From Candidatus Bathyarchaeota archaeon (GTDB lineage: Archaea > Thermoproteota > Bathyarchaeia > Bathyarchaeales > DTEX01), in contig QMXE01000001.1 of the NCBI GenBank assembly GCA_003661975.1, positions 1 to 52,584 of the forward strand: DNA of 52,584 bases. The letters run 5' to 3'. Of the stretch, positions 23,822 through 33,778 are shown piece after piece (position 1 is the stretch's first letter; every line of letters begins with the position of its first letter). Position numbers and translations under genes: made by a program. The notes beneath the pieces were generated by a model. It had not been told where the DNA came from and made no database searches. It saw nothing but the letters and a program-made list of their open reading frames with translations.

Positions 23822-26697
23822 ATCGCTGGCCTATAGGGCTTCGCCGCTCCAGCCCTATTCTTCGGATCATACCTTTCTGGATCATCCTCGCTGAATATAA
23901 GAACCTCAGCCTTAAATTCTCTTTCGATGAAACTTCTCGCCTCATTTAGTATCTTAAGCTCATCCATCTCTCCCGCCTCAAGTCTCCTACGCCTCTTATC
24001 ATCTGGCAGAGTATTTACTTCCTGAAGGCTCTTCCCAACGTATGCGGATACCTTCTTCGCTAAACGCCTCAGCTCAGGATCTCTCATCAGACTCTTCATC
24101 ACCGAGCCCATATCGACCTTTCCCGAGGTGGATGCCTGAAGCATCTCTAGATACGCTTTCCACTTCCAATCTGAAGATACATAGTAGCATATCCTTTTAG
24201 GCGTTATCTTCGTGACCTCAATGATGTTTGCAGTATCATTTATGAGCTCTCTGATCATGTCTTCAGCCTCTTCAGCCTTCACGTCAACCTTCGACTCATC
24301 GGGTAATGGCCAATCGGCAGTAGATACGAAGCCATCTCTTCCAATCATGTGCCAGAGCTCCTCGCATATGTATGGGATGAAAGGAGCTAAGAGCCTAATC
24401 CAAACATCAACAACCTCCAATAGTATCTTTGGATTTGGATTCTCAGCCCTTCTCAGATACCATCGAATATCATTCCAGATTTCAAAAAGAGCCACTTCAG
24501 CGGCTGTTCTAGTCTTTAAGTTCTCTATAGCATCCGTCACTGTTCTTATTCTTCCCTGAAGAACGGAGATCAACCAGCGATCAATATTTCTAACTTCAGA
24601 TTCACCCTCTAGGCCGATTATCTCACTGACGAATCTATAGAGGGCTCTAAGCCTTAAGTCTATGCTTTTTGCATTCTCGTCACGCCAATCTGGATCGTTC
24701 ATGTCCTCAGCTCCAAGTAGAAGGGTCAGCCTTGTAACGTCAGCCCCAAACCTTTCAACTGCATCGCTTAGCTTAAGGAAGTTCCCCTTAGACTTAGACA
24801 TCTTCTTCCCTTCGATTGAGAGCATGCCGTTAACTCCTATTGCTCTTGGCCATAGTTCCGGCGGAAAGAGAGCTGTATGCTGGAAGATGAAGAATGAAAG
24901 ATGGTTTGGAACGAGCTCCTTCGCTGAGACCCTCAAATCAACCGGATACCAATACAGGAATTCCTCTCTCATCCCCCTTAACACATCAATGTCTATTCTG
25001 GTCTTCTCGGCGAGCCTCTCCGGATCTCCTAAGCCGAAGAATATGTAATCAAAGACCTCATTCGTTAATTGTTCAGCCCTAATATTATACTGCCTAATAT
25101 GCTTCACTATCGTATAGAATGCCATATATATTGTCGAGTCGCTCAGAGTCTCAACGATCCAGTCTGGGCTCCATGGGAGGGGCGTTCCAAGTCCGGTTCT
25201 CCGAGCGCATGCCCAATCTCTAAGCCAATCTATCTTCTCATGGAAGTATGCGCGGGCTGACTCGGGGAATATCTTGGCCCTATCTATTGCTTCATGTGCA
25301 AGCTCCTTCCATTCTGGATCGGAATACTTTAGGAACCATTGATCCGAGAGAACCTTAACTATGCATCTCGTCATGCATCTGCATACAACCTTTTCAGGCA
25401 GATCATACATCGAATCTGCTATTCCATCCCTCTTAAAGTCCTCTATTAATTCGGCCTTAACTTCCCTAACGGTTCTTCCAGCATACTTGCCAGTTATGGG
25501 CTTTAACACTCCAGTGTGAAATTCCTTCTTGTACACGATTGATGTTGCCTCATCAACCTTCGGATCAAACTGATCCTTAATCTTCATCTTCTCAACTATC
25601 TCTATGGCTGGATACTCGCCGAATCCCTCAACCTTAATAAGCGATATAGGCTTTATCTCCTTCACAACCCTCGGATCTATACCAAACTTCTTTAGGAGTT
25701 CAGGTTTCTCCATCAGATCCCTAATCGCTATCCAATCTGCCGGGGCATGCGCTGGAACACTATATACTACTCCAGTAGCCGAGTTTGGATCAACGAACCA
25801 TCCCGGAAGTATGGGAAGTCTTCTCTTGCTTACTGGATCAATAAAGTATTTCCCTATCAGCTCAGTACCCTTAAACTCCCTTAAAATCTCAACTTTTCTG
25901 AGCTGCTCTGAGAGCTTATAGGCCGCCTCTTTACTGATTATCCATTTCTCTCCGTCAACGAGAGCCTCAACATATGTCGCATCTGGATTTAAAAACATAT
26001 TTGTGACTCCATAGATCGTTTCAGGCCTGAAAGTTGCAGCGGGCAGATAGGTATCTTCAAATTGAAACTTTAAGAGCGTATATTCCTCTGCTGACACTCC
26101 CTCGCCTTCCAGGCGATCATGATCTCCAGTTGGGCTTTTACAATGTGGACACCAAACAACCGGATGCGTTCCCTTAACGACGTAACCCTTCTTCCTTAGC
26201 GTTTCATATTGCCACTCGATGAATCGACTATACGTAGGCTCAAGGGATGTTGTGTGAAATTCCCTTCTCCAATCGACTGAGAAACCGATTCTCTTAACGG
26301 TCTCTCTGCCCTCAGCCGTGTAGTATTCAGCCATATAAACTGGATCTGTAAATTTGCTTAATTCTTCCTCTGGGACACCGTCGATCTCCCTCAGCATCCT
26401 AATCATGTCCTTATCTCCCCTTTTAACTCGTAATGCCGCGCCTACTATGGGCTCTCCGGTCCAGTGCCAAGCCCATGGGAAGAGCGTATTGAAGCCTCTC
26501 ATTCTCTTATAACGTGCATAAACATCAACTCTGCAGGCTGTGAATCCATGTCCCAAATGTAGCGGGCCATTCATGTATGGATACGGAAATGTAACAAAGC
26601 ATTTTTTACGTTTAGGGTCGGGATCAGCCTCGAATATTCTAGCTTCCTCCCATCTTCTTCTCCACTTTTCTTCGATCTCTCTCCATTCAAACGACAA
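23809..26697 (-). CDS. leuS: Leucyl-tRNA synthetase (archaeal type)
   Basis: 962 aa. Class I HIGH-type motif PYMNGPLHLGHGF and KMSKS motif KKMSKSKGN, with a CP1 editing-domain-sized insertion. Confidence 0.95.
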   Translation of the reverse strand: MSFEWREIEEKWRRRWEEARIFEADPDPKRKKCFVTFPYPYMNGPLHLGHGFTACRVDVYARYKRMRGFNTLFPWAWHWTGEPIVGAALRVKRGDKDMIRMLREIDGVPEEELSKFTDPVYMAEYYTAEGRETVKRIGFSVDWRREFHTTSLEPTYSRFIEWQYETLRKKGYVVKGTHPVVWCPHCKSPTGDHDRLEGEGVSAEEYTLLKFQFEDTYLPAATFRPETIYGVTNMFLNPDATYVEALVDGEKWIISKEAAYKLSEQLRKVEILREFKGTELIGKYFIDPVSKRRLPILPGWFVDPNSATGVVYSVPAHAPADWIAIRDLMEKPELLKKFGIDPRVVKEIKPISLIKVEGFGEYPAIEIVEKMKIKDQFDPKVDEATSIVYKKEFHTGVLKPITGKYAGRTVREVKAELIEDFKRDGIADSMYDLPEKVVCRCMTRCIVKVLSDQWFLKYSDPEWKELAHEAIDRAKIFPESARAYFHEKIDWLRDWACARRTGLGTPLPWSPDWIVETLSDSTIYMAFYTIVKHIRQYNIRAEQLTNEVFDYIFFGLGDPERLAEKTRIDIDVLRGMREEFLYWYPVDLRVSAKELVPNHLSFFIFQHTALFPPELWPRAIGVNGMLSIEGKKMSKSKGNFLKLSDAVERFGADVTRLTLLLGAEDMNDPDWRDENAKSIDLRLRALYRFVSEIIGLEGESEVRNIDRWLISVLQGRIRTVTDAIENLKTRTAAEVALFEIWNDIRWYLRRAENPNPKILLEVVDVWIRLLAPFIPYICEELWHMIGRDGFVSTADWPLPDESKVDVKAEEAEDMIRELINDTANIIEVTKITPKRICYYVSSDWKWKAYLEMLQASTSGKVDMGSVMKSLMRDPELRRLAKKVSAYVGKSLQEVNTLPDDKRRRRLEAGEMDELKILNEARSFIEREFKAEVLIFSEDDPERYDPKNRAGAAKPYRPAIYIE

Positions 26698-26700
26698 ATT

Positions 26701-29466
26701 TCATCCCTCCAATCTCTTACGAATTATCTCCTTAACTCTCCTTAAGGCCTCATCTGCCATCTCAACCCTTACTCCGCCAGCCTGAGCGAAATTCATCTTT
26801 CCACTACCCCCTCCTCCAAGTATAGAGCCGGCCTCACTCGCGATCTCTCTCGCATCAATCCCGAATCTTAGGGCTTCATCTCCAACATTAACTATGAGCC
26901 GCGCACTTTTATCTACATGCAATAGAGATGCCACGGCTCTCTTATCATGCTTTACTATCTCGGATGATACTTTTATCAGCAGATCAAGATCGGCCTCATC
27001 CGCATTTACGATTTTCGATACAAGCTTGACTCCGGCTACATCCTCGGCCTTTGAAAGATAATCTTCAGCCAAGAACCTCGCTAAGTTTGAGATTAATCTC
27101 TCCCTGTCTCTTCTGAGCGACCTCCATTCAGATACAACATTCTTTACAGTATTCTCGACCTTCTCCGCTGGAACTTCAAGCAAACCTGCGATTCTAAATA
27201 TTTTTTCTTCAATCTCATGTATGGCCTTCACGGCCGGAGTTCCAGCGCAGAATATTAACCTTTCAACCCCATCTTGAACTCTTTCAGTTCTGATTATCTT
27301 TATTAATCCGACCTCGCCCGTAGATGTGCAGTGCGTTCCTCCACAGGCCTCCACATCCCAATCTTCGATCTTGACTATTCTAACCTCTCTGCCGGGGACG
27401 ACTCCTCCCTGATATATTCTAAAACCATATTTTCGCTCAGCATCCTCTCTAAGCATCCATGAAGCCTCAATTTTAAGGTTTCTCATTACTACTTGATTTG
27501 CAAGCTCTTCTATCTTTCTCAATTCATTGATGGTGATTCTTTTCGGATGTGATATGTCAAGTCTGCTTCTTTCAACTCCCTTCTGAGCTCCAGCTTGCCA
27601 TACATGCTCCCCCAGCACCCTTCTAGCCGCCCCGATTAGTATATGAGTTGCAGTATGACTTCTCATTAGGCTGATCCTTCTGTCCCACTCGATCTTACCG
27701 ATAACTTCATCTCCCTCCTTTGGAGCAGGCCCCTCAATAAAGTGTATTATTACTCCGCCTGCCTTCTGAACATTAGTCACTTTAGCCTCTTTCCCATCAA
27801 AAAGGAGGTAACCCCTATCGGATGGTTGACCTCCGCCCTCAGGATAGAAGGCCGTCTTGTCGAGTATAACTCGATTTCCTGAAACCCTGAGAACTTTAGC
27901 TCTAAATTCCCTCAGATATACATCTTCATAATATAGCTTCCTGGTTTCGGGAAGATCGGAGAATTCACCTTTAACGTCTGAGAACCCCTCCGTTAATACT
28001 GATCTTTCGGCTTCTGGAGCGGCCATGTGCCTTTCCGCGACATAACTATAGAAGTTCTCAGGCACGCTTATCTTTACACCCTCAGATTTAGCCATTTCAC
28101 TAACAAATTCGGGAGTTAAACCATGAGAGTCATATAGTTCGATGAGGTTGTTGAGTGAAAGTTTTCCTTGTCCATGTCTTATCATTCTCTTAATTATGCC
28201 CTTTCCACGATCAAGTGTGTGATCATACTTCTCCTTCTCGACTGAGAGGAGCTCTAGAATCTCGTCTCTCATATCTTTAAGGTGCGGGAAGTCTCTAGAC
28301 CACAGCTCTATCTGGTCTTCAACAATATCAAATAGCCTATCTTCAATCGAGAGACTTCGGAGAAGTCTAAGCGTCCTTCTAATGAGCAGTCTTGTCAAGT
28401 ATCCCTCACGCATATTCGACGGAACGATTCCTTCAGCTAAGAGGAAGGTCAAGCATTTCGTATGATCAGCAACAGCATAAACATTAACGATTGGATCTAT
28501 GAGCCTACTTAACTCATCCGGGCTTACTCCAACTCTCTCGGCGACCTTCCTCCAATTCTCAGCCCTACTTGACGTCTTAGATATCGATATTAAACCTGAA
28601 ACTTTAGAGACTTCCATAAGAAATCTTCTATCTGGCATCTCAACTCCTGCCATACTCCGAATCTTATCGAGTAATTCTCCGTAGATCGCTTCAAATCCGC
28701 TTATGCATCCCTGTGAGAGCCAAGTGAATCTTTCAATGCCGTATCCTGTATCAACGGTTCTTATGGGAAGCTCTATGAACTCGCCATTTACAACCTTATA
28801 CTTCATGAAAACTAAAGTTGCGACTTCCAACCCTCGAATTACACTTTCCAAGTCTGGACCGGCGTTTCCACCGCCGATCCATACGCCCTCTTTATATATT
28901 ACTTCCTCATCCTTCACTCCCAAGATCTTAGTTACAAATTCATGATGGTATCTTACTGTCTGATCTTTCCAGTAGATCTGCTTGTCCGGATGATTAAATG
29001 CATGATGTCCGCCCATCTCAAATATTGTTAGATGCCGACCGAATGTTGATCCTACGCTTTCTATGTCTGGAAATCTCACGCATGGCTGAACTATAACAAG
29101 TGGATTTGCTGGCGGCGGAATCATACCCTCAGTCACATAGGGCTGAAAATCTATTATGCTTGCATTAGTGAAGTATAAATCGTCCCTCCACCTCGCAACT
29201 ACGGGATATGGCTGAATGCGTGTATGTCCTCTCTTCTCAAAGAATGAAAGAAATTCCTCTCTCATCTCCCTTAGATTATATGATTTGCGAATTGGAGGAT
29301 CGCCGATAAAAGTGTAATCTGCACAGCCATGGGTCGTGGATTCGCCGCAGAACTTCTGATCATGATTTAACGTCCAAAAGTATTCTCCACACTTTGGACA
29401 AAGCTTCCTAACATACCCATATTCATCAAAGAATGGTAAATGATATTCCTCTTCAGAGAATCTCAT
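26701..29466 (-). CDS. alaS: Alanyl-tRNA synthetase (archaeal type)
   Basis: About 920 aa. N-terminal Zn-ribbon-like CPKCGEYFW, class II core, editing-domain HxxxH motif (HTATHIL) and CGGTHC. The ORF track starts at 29490; ATG 29466 (MRFSEEEY) is preferred. Confidence 0.95.
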   Translation of the reverse strand: MRFSEEEYHLPFFDEYGYVRKLCPKCGEYFWTLNHDQKFCGESTTHGCADYTFIGDPPIRKSYNLREMREEFLSFFEKRGHTRIQPYPVVARWRDDLYFTNASIIDFQPYVTEGMIPPPANPLVIVQPCVRFPDIESVGSTFGRHLTIFEMGGHHAFNHPDKQIYWKDQTVRYHHEFVTKILGVKDEEVIYKEGVWIGGGNAGPDLESVIRGLEVATLVFMKYKVVNGEFIELPIRTVDTGYGIERFTWLSQGCISGFEAIYGELLDKIRSMAGVEMPDRRFLMEVSKVSGLISISKTSSRAENWRKVAERVGVSPDELSRLIDPIVNVYAVADHTKCLTFLLAEGIVPSNMREGYLTRLLIRRTLRLLRSLSIEDRLFDIVEDQIELWSRDFPHLKDMRDEILELLSVEKEKYDHTLDRGKGIIKRMIRHGQGKLSLNNLIELYDSHGLTPEFVSEMAKSEGVKISVPENFYSYVAERHMAAPEAERSVLTEGFSDVKGEFSDLPETRKLYYEDVYLREFRAKVLRVSGNRVILDKTAFYPEGGGQPSDRGYLLFDGKEAKVTNVQKAGGVIIHFIEGPAPKEGDEVIGKIEWDRRISLMRSHTATHILIGAARRVLGEHVWQAGAQKGVERSRLDISHPKRITINELRKIEELANQVVMRNLKIEASWMLREDAERKYGFRIYQGGVVPGREVRIVKIEDWDVEACGGTHCTSTGEVGLIKIIRTERVQDGVERLIFCAGTPAVKAIHEIEEKIFRIAGLLEVPAEKVENTVKNVVSEWRSLRRDRERLISNLARFLAEDYLSKAEDVAGVKLVSKIVNADEADLDLLIKVSSEIVKHDKRAVASLLHVDKSARLIVNVGDEALRFGIDAREIASEAGSILGGGGSGKMNFAQAGGVRVEMADEALRRVKEIIRKRLEG

Positions 29467-29582
29467 TGGATCTCCCGCCGAACAGAACAATTATGAATTT
29501 TAGACTTAAATAAGTGTCGAAGTGATGAATTAATCGCCTCTAATAAATGAGGCAGGCCTTACTTTAAATATGTAGTCGTTGC

Positions 29583-29909
29583 CTAGCCGAAGAGAGCACC
29601 TAGACCCTCCAGAGCCTCCTCCTCTTTCTTCTCTTCCTCTTCAGGCTTTTCCTCTTCTTTCGGCTTCTCCTCAGCTGCTGGAGCTGTCTCCGTTGGCGCG
29701 GTTGCCGGAGCCGCTGCTACGACGGTTGGAGCCGACTTGATAGCCTCGTCGATGTCAACTTCTGATAACGCTGCTACTAGAGCCTTAACCCTCGCCGGGT
29801 CGATCTGTATGCCAGCGGCTTCAAGAACCTTAGTTATGTTATCCTCATCTATTGGCTTGCCAGCCTTATGCAATAGCATAGCAGCATAGATATACTCCAT
29901 CAAGTCCAC
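29583..29909 (-). CDS. rpl12: Ribosomal stalk protein P1 (L12e/L12Ae)
   Basis: [31 protein letters not shown].., an Ala/Pro hinge, an acidic EEKPKEEEK tail and the conserved C-terminal GLGALFG. Confidence 0.9.
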   Translation of the reverse strand: MDLMEYIYAAMLLHKAGKPIDEDNITKVLEAAGIQIDPARVKALVAALSEVDIDEAIKSAPTVVAAAPATAPTETAPAAEEKPKEEEKPEEEEKKEEEALEGLGALFG

Positions 29910-30101
29910 CCTCTACAATCTTTCTCCTAACCTTTCAAAGAAAAGAAATCTTATACTTAAATCTGTCGGAAAAGTCATTGGATTATGAGCCGCACTAATT
30001 TACAAGAAGGCAGCCTACAGATTCATGCTGAATATATATCTTCACCCATTTGGCATGCAAAGCCTTTTTTGGTACTTATCATTCTGTCTACATGAGGAAC
30101 C

Positions 30102-30764
30102 ATGATTTTTCCCGTTGAGGATAAATGTTCATTATGCGGAGCTGAATTTCCAAGTTTCCTGCTTAATCGCTGCTCAAGATGTGGTAGGCTCTATTGTAAC
30201 AATTGCATCATTCAAGGGAAAGATGGAGAGCCCATCTGCTTAAACTGTGCAAAGAAGATCATCACGCCTAAGATCTTATGGAGGAGCAAGTATACTTACC
30301 TAAGAGAGTATTTGGCTTCTAAGGCCATTTTTAGCGAACGCATTAGGCTGTCATTCCGCAGGATAGAGGAGATCATAGGTGATAGACTTCCACAATCAGC
30401 ATATAATAATCCGGAATGGTGGTCAAACAGGCCCGGAAGATCTCATAGCGAATCTTGGCTTTCAGTAGGCTGGACGGTAGAGAAGATAAACTTGGAGAAG
30501 AAGGAAGTAATCTTCAGAAGGATTAAGCCCATAGAAAGAAATTCTAAAAGGAAACGGAGACATAAACGCCTATCTGAAGAATTTAAGTTATTAGCCCTAA
30601 AGCGTAAAAAACGAAAAAGGATACGCTCAAAGAGAAAGATCACCGAGGCAATCATACGTATGAAGAACCTAAAAAGAAGATTGCCTCAGGAGAAGCTCAG
30701 ATTGAATAAGCAGAGAAGCGCATACCAGAAGAGGCTATATAGACTTGATGTGAAACCAGAATAG
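30102..30764 (+). CDS. Zinc-ribbon protein with a conserved central domain and a polybasic tail; function unknown
   Basis: The N-terminus carries 8 Cys in CxxC pairs (CSLCG..CSRCGRLYCNNC..CLNC). The central block is YLREYLAS...IRLSFRRIEEIIGDRLPQSAYNNPEWWSN....SW...GW.V..I......V.F.R. The C-terminal 80 aa are very K/R-rich. Confidence 0.55.
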   Translation: MIFPVEDKCSLCGAEFPSFLLNRCSRCGRLYCNNCIIQGKDGEPICLNCAKKIITPKILWRSKYTYLREYLASKAIFSERIRLSFRRIEEIIGDRLPQSAYNNPEWWSNRPGRSHSESWLSVGWTVEKINLEKKEVIFRRIKPIERNSKRKRRHKRLSEEFKLLALKRKKRKRIRSKRKITEAIIRMKNLKRRLPQEKLRLNKQRSAYQKRLYRLDVKPE

Positions 30765-30820
30765 TCTCGAAAATCTTCTTATGAACGTTCCGATCAATAG
30801 GTAAGGGGGTTAAGGTAACG

Positions 30821-32125
30821 ATGCCCATACTTACGAACGTATCATCAATACTATCTGGTAAACATTGTGACGATAGTGTTATAATTAGAGGGTGGCTCCA
30901 CAATATGCGTTCAAGTGGAGGAATACATTTCCTGATCGTTAGAGACGGGACTGGAATAATTCAATGCACAATGAAGAGAGGCACGGTTGACGATGCACTC
31001 TTCGAGAAGACAAAGGATCTAACTCTGGAATCGTCCATTGAGGTAATCGGAAAGGTAGTTGAAGATAAAAGGGCGCCTGGCGGATATGAGATCAGAGTTG
31101 AAGATCTGAAGGTTTTTCATAGAGCAGAGGAAGGTTATCCCATCGCAAAGAAGTATCATGGTCCAGACTTCCTGCTTGACAATCGCCACTTATGGATAAG
31201 AAGTCAAAAGATGCAGACGATACTACATGTTAGGGCAAAATTTCTCGAGGCTGCAAGGGAATGGTTTAAAATGAACGGATACACCGAGTTTCATTCACCC
31301 ACTATAATAACGGCCGCATGCGAGGGCGGGGCAACCCTATTTCCTGTGAAATACTTCGATAGGGAGGCATATTTAACTCAGAGCTGGCAGCTCTACGCGG
31401 AGGCCGCAATAGCAAGTCTAGGAAAGATCTACACAGTAGCTCCATCATTTAGAGCTGAAAAGTCTAGAACTCGCCGTCACCTAACCGAGTATTGGCATTT
31501 AGAGGTTGAGGTTCCATGGTGCGACTTGAACTGCATAATGAAGATTCAAGAGGAACTCTTAGCCTATGTGCTTGATGTCTTATACGATGAAATGTCGAGG
31601 GAGCTTACGTATCTCGGCAGAGAGCCTGACGATCTGAGGAGGATGAAGCCTCCATACGAGAGGATAACGTATGATATGGCAGTTGAGATATTAAATGAGG
31701 AGGGAATCCGATTCAATTGGGGAGATGACATAACATGGACACATGAGAAAATATTAACCAAGAGATTTGATAAGCCATTCTTTATAACGCACTTCCCGAA
31801 GGGAGTTAAGGCATTCTATCATAAACCGGATCCGAAGAGACCGGAAGTTACATTATCAGCTGACCTACTAGCTCCGGAGGGGTACGGTGAGATAACTGGT
31901 GGAGGTCAAAGGATAGATGATGCTGAGGAGCTAATTAGAAGAATTAAAGAGGAAAATCTTAATCCAGAAGATTATAAGTGGTATATTGACCTGAGAAGAT
32001 ACGGTTCGGTTCCTCATTCTGGATTTGGACTGGGAGTTGAACGCGTCATAGCATGGATCTGCAAGTTAGATCACATAAGAGACGCCATTGCCTTTCCAAG
32101 ACTAATAAATAGAGTCTATCCATAA
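30821..32125 (+). CDS. asnS: Asparaginyl-tRNA synthetase
   Basis: Class IIb enzyme with an OB anticodon-binding N-domain (IRGWLHNMRSSGGIHFLIVRDGTG). It also has LDNRHLWIRS, LTQSWQLYAE, motif 2 FRAEKSRTRRHLTEYWHLEVE and motif 3 GFGLGVERV. The RAE-S-T-RHL form favours AsnRS over AspRS. Confidence 0.75.
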   Translation: MPILTNVSSILSGKHCDDSVIIRGWLHNMRSSGGIHFLIVRDGTGIIQCTMKRGTVDDALFEKTKDLTLESSIEVIGKVVEDKRAPGGYEIRVEDLKVFHRAEEGYPIAKKYHGPDFLLDNRHLWIRSQKMQTILHVRAKFLEAAREWFKMNGYTEFHSPTIITAACEGGATLFPVKYFDREAYLTQSWQLYAEAAIASLGKIYTVAPSFRAEKSRTRRHLTEYWHLEVEVPWCDLNCIMKIQEELLAYVLDVLYDEMSRELTYLGREPDDLRRMKPPYERITYDMAVEILNEEGIRFNWGDDITWTHEKILTKRFDKPFFITHFPKGVKAFYHKPDPKRPEVTLSADLLAPEGYGEITGGGQRIDDAEELIRRIKEENLNPEDYKWYIDLRRYGSVPHSGFGLGVERVIAWICKLDHIRDAIAFPRLINRVYP

Positions 32126-32235
32126 ATTTAGTGAATGATTATGGACAAGCCGGACTTCGAGAGGATGAAGCAATTTCTCTCTTCGATAGAGAACCGAATA
32201 GAATTCCATTTTATGATCTTTTGCTGACCTCGAAG

Positions 32236-32898
32236 TTATGGAGTCCCTTCTATCACGCCCTCCTCTTCAGCGACCTTCAAAATGGCCTCTTCATGGGAGA
32301 ATCCTTTAGACTGATACTCTCTCAACTTATATTCCAGAACATTCAAGCTCCCCCAAACTTCCATATGCCTTCTGCAGAGTCTTTTATACAGATCGTCGAT
32401 ATTTACCTCGAATTCACGAAGTCTTTTCCTCTCCCTTAAGATAGATTGATGTTCGAATTCACGTTCCAAGAGTGGAGCTGCCTCGTTGATGAGACTTAAT
32501 AACCTATTAGCCTCGGAGTTAGCCCTATAAATTGCAGGGAAGGCTAGAAGAGCCGCAACTAAGGGAAGAGCCGAGTATAAAGAAAGACTTACGACAGCGG
32601 CTATAATTAAGATGAGAGCCAGTATAAGGATTACTCTTTTATAGCTGAATCTAAACGTTATAAGCGTTACTTCGCCCTCGCTTGATAATTGAACTTTTAG
32701 ATCCACACCTAATAATCCTCCAATCCTCACATTAAAGCCTAAGTTGTTATGCTCGATCTCTTCGCTCCTTAAACCGAAATTCTCCTTGAGAATGTGCATT
32801 ATACATCTATTGGCATACTCGGCTGGAACGCGAATATACTTCTGCCTGAATGATGGAAGTATAGGAGATAAAATTAGGGGATTACACTTAATACTCAT
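32236..32898 (-). CDS. Hypothetical membrane protein (central TM hairpin, charged helical C-terminus)
   Basis: 220-aa ORF 4 nt downstream of 32903..33679. It has two adjacent hydrophobic segments (VILILALILIIAAVVSLSLYSALPLVAALLAFPAIY). No family recognised. Confidence 0.5.
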   Translation of the reverse strand: MSIKCNPLILSPILPSFRQKYIRVPAEYANRCIMHILKENFGLRSEEIEHNNLGFNVRIGGLLGVDLKVQLSSEGEVTLITFRFSYKRVILILALILIIAAVVSLSLYSALPLVAALLAFPAIYRANSEANRLLSLINEAAPLLEREFEHQSILRERKRLREFEVNIDDLYKRLCRRHMEVWGSLNVLEYKLREYQSKGFSHEEAILKVAEEEGVIEGTP

Positions 32899-32902
32899 CC
32901 CG

Positions 32903-33679
32903 TCAACTCCCCGTAAATGACAACTGTATCATAAAACCGTATAGCTGATAGGCTATTAGGATACTTATGAAAGCAACCAACGCGACGAGAATCCACCTTG
33001 AACGCGAGATCATCTCCCTCCTACTTTTGAAGTAAGTATCTATTATGAGAAAGCTGTTCATGTACATCATTAAGCCCAAAACAGCCATGAAGATTGCAAA
33101 GTTAACTGGCGTTGGAAGCTTGATTGAAGAGAAAATGGATGAAGGAGCTGCCATCCTCTCAACTATTAACATTATGTTTATCGTCCACTCACCCATATTC
33201 CGCGAGAGCGGATCCTGAAGTTTGATGAAGAACTTGTTAACTTCAATTCTCTTCCCATAATAGTCACTATAAAAATCATAGTTTCTACTATACACTCCAA
33301 GAAGGTATTCCCAGGTCTGATTACTGAAAAATCTAATGGTTAGGTTGTATATTCCAGGCTTAGTCGGCTGGATCCAAACGGCGGAGACCTCCTTCCTCAT
33401 CACATAGGGATCCAGATACCTCGTTGCTATTGAGAGCGAGTATACTCCATTCTGAGTTATGGGGGTGCATCTAGCGGATAAATTCTCAACTGGAGGACTC
33501 AAATATATGGTTAAAATGTCATTCTCAAGCATTTTCAGTCTATACCGCTCGATATTCCCCTCGCCAATCAAGAAGGAAGCATCCAAAAGGAGAAAATGAA
33601 ATGCCATAACAAGCAGAAGTGAAAATAACAAATACTTCGTAAAGAATGAATAACTTGACATATCCCTCCACAATCTCAA
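32903..33679 (-). CDS. Hypothetical membrane protein (signal anchor, beta-rich ectodomain, C-terminal TM bundle)
   Basis: 258-aa ORF with an N-terminal hydrophobic segment and three C-terminal TM segments. No family recognised. Confidence 0.5.
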   Translation of the reverse strand: MRLWRDMSSYSFFTKYLLFSLLLVMAFHFLLLDASFLIGEGNIERYRLKMLENDILTIYLSPPVENLSARCTPITQNGVYSLSIATRYLDPYVMRKEVSAVWIQPTKPGIYNLTIRFFSNQTWEYLLGVYSRNYDFYSDYYGKRIEVNKFFIKLQDPLSRNMGEWTINIMLIVERMAAPSSIFSSIKLPTPVNFAIFMAVLGLMMYMNSFLIIDTYFKSRREMISRSRWILVALVAFISILIAYQLYGFMIQLSFTGS

Positions 33680-33778
33680 TATGGCCGCTTGTCTATTAAT
33701 ATTTCCCCAGAATAAACCGTTAATATTTTATTCTTCGCATAGAATCTTTTATCCGTTAATGTGGTGGGGGAGTGAATT

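Noticed and set aside
23809-29490. Many 60-130 aa antisense or out-of-frame ORFs inside leuS and alaS, and likewise inside GH38, GH31, thrC, asnS, hemL-like, cinA-like and other genes
   Set aside because: They are fully nested in long ORFs that carry unambiguous family motifs. They have Ser/Leu/Pro-rich junk-like composition typical of shadow frames, and none has a recognisable motif.
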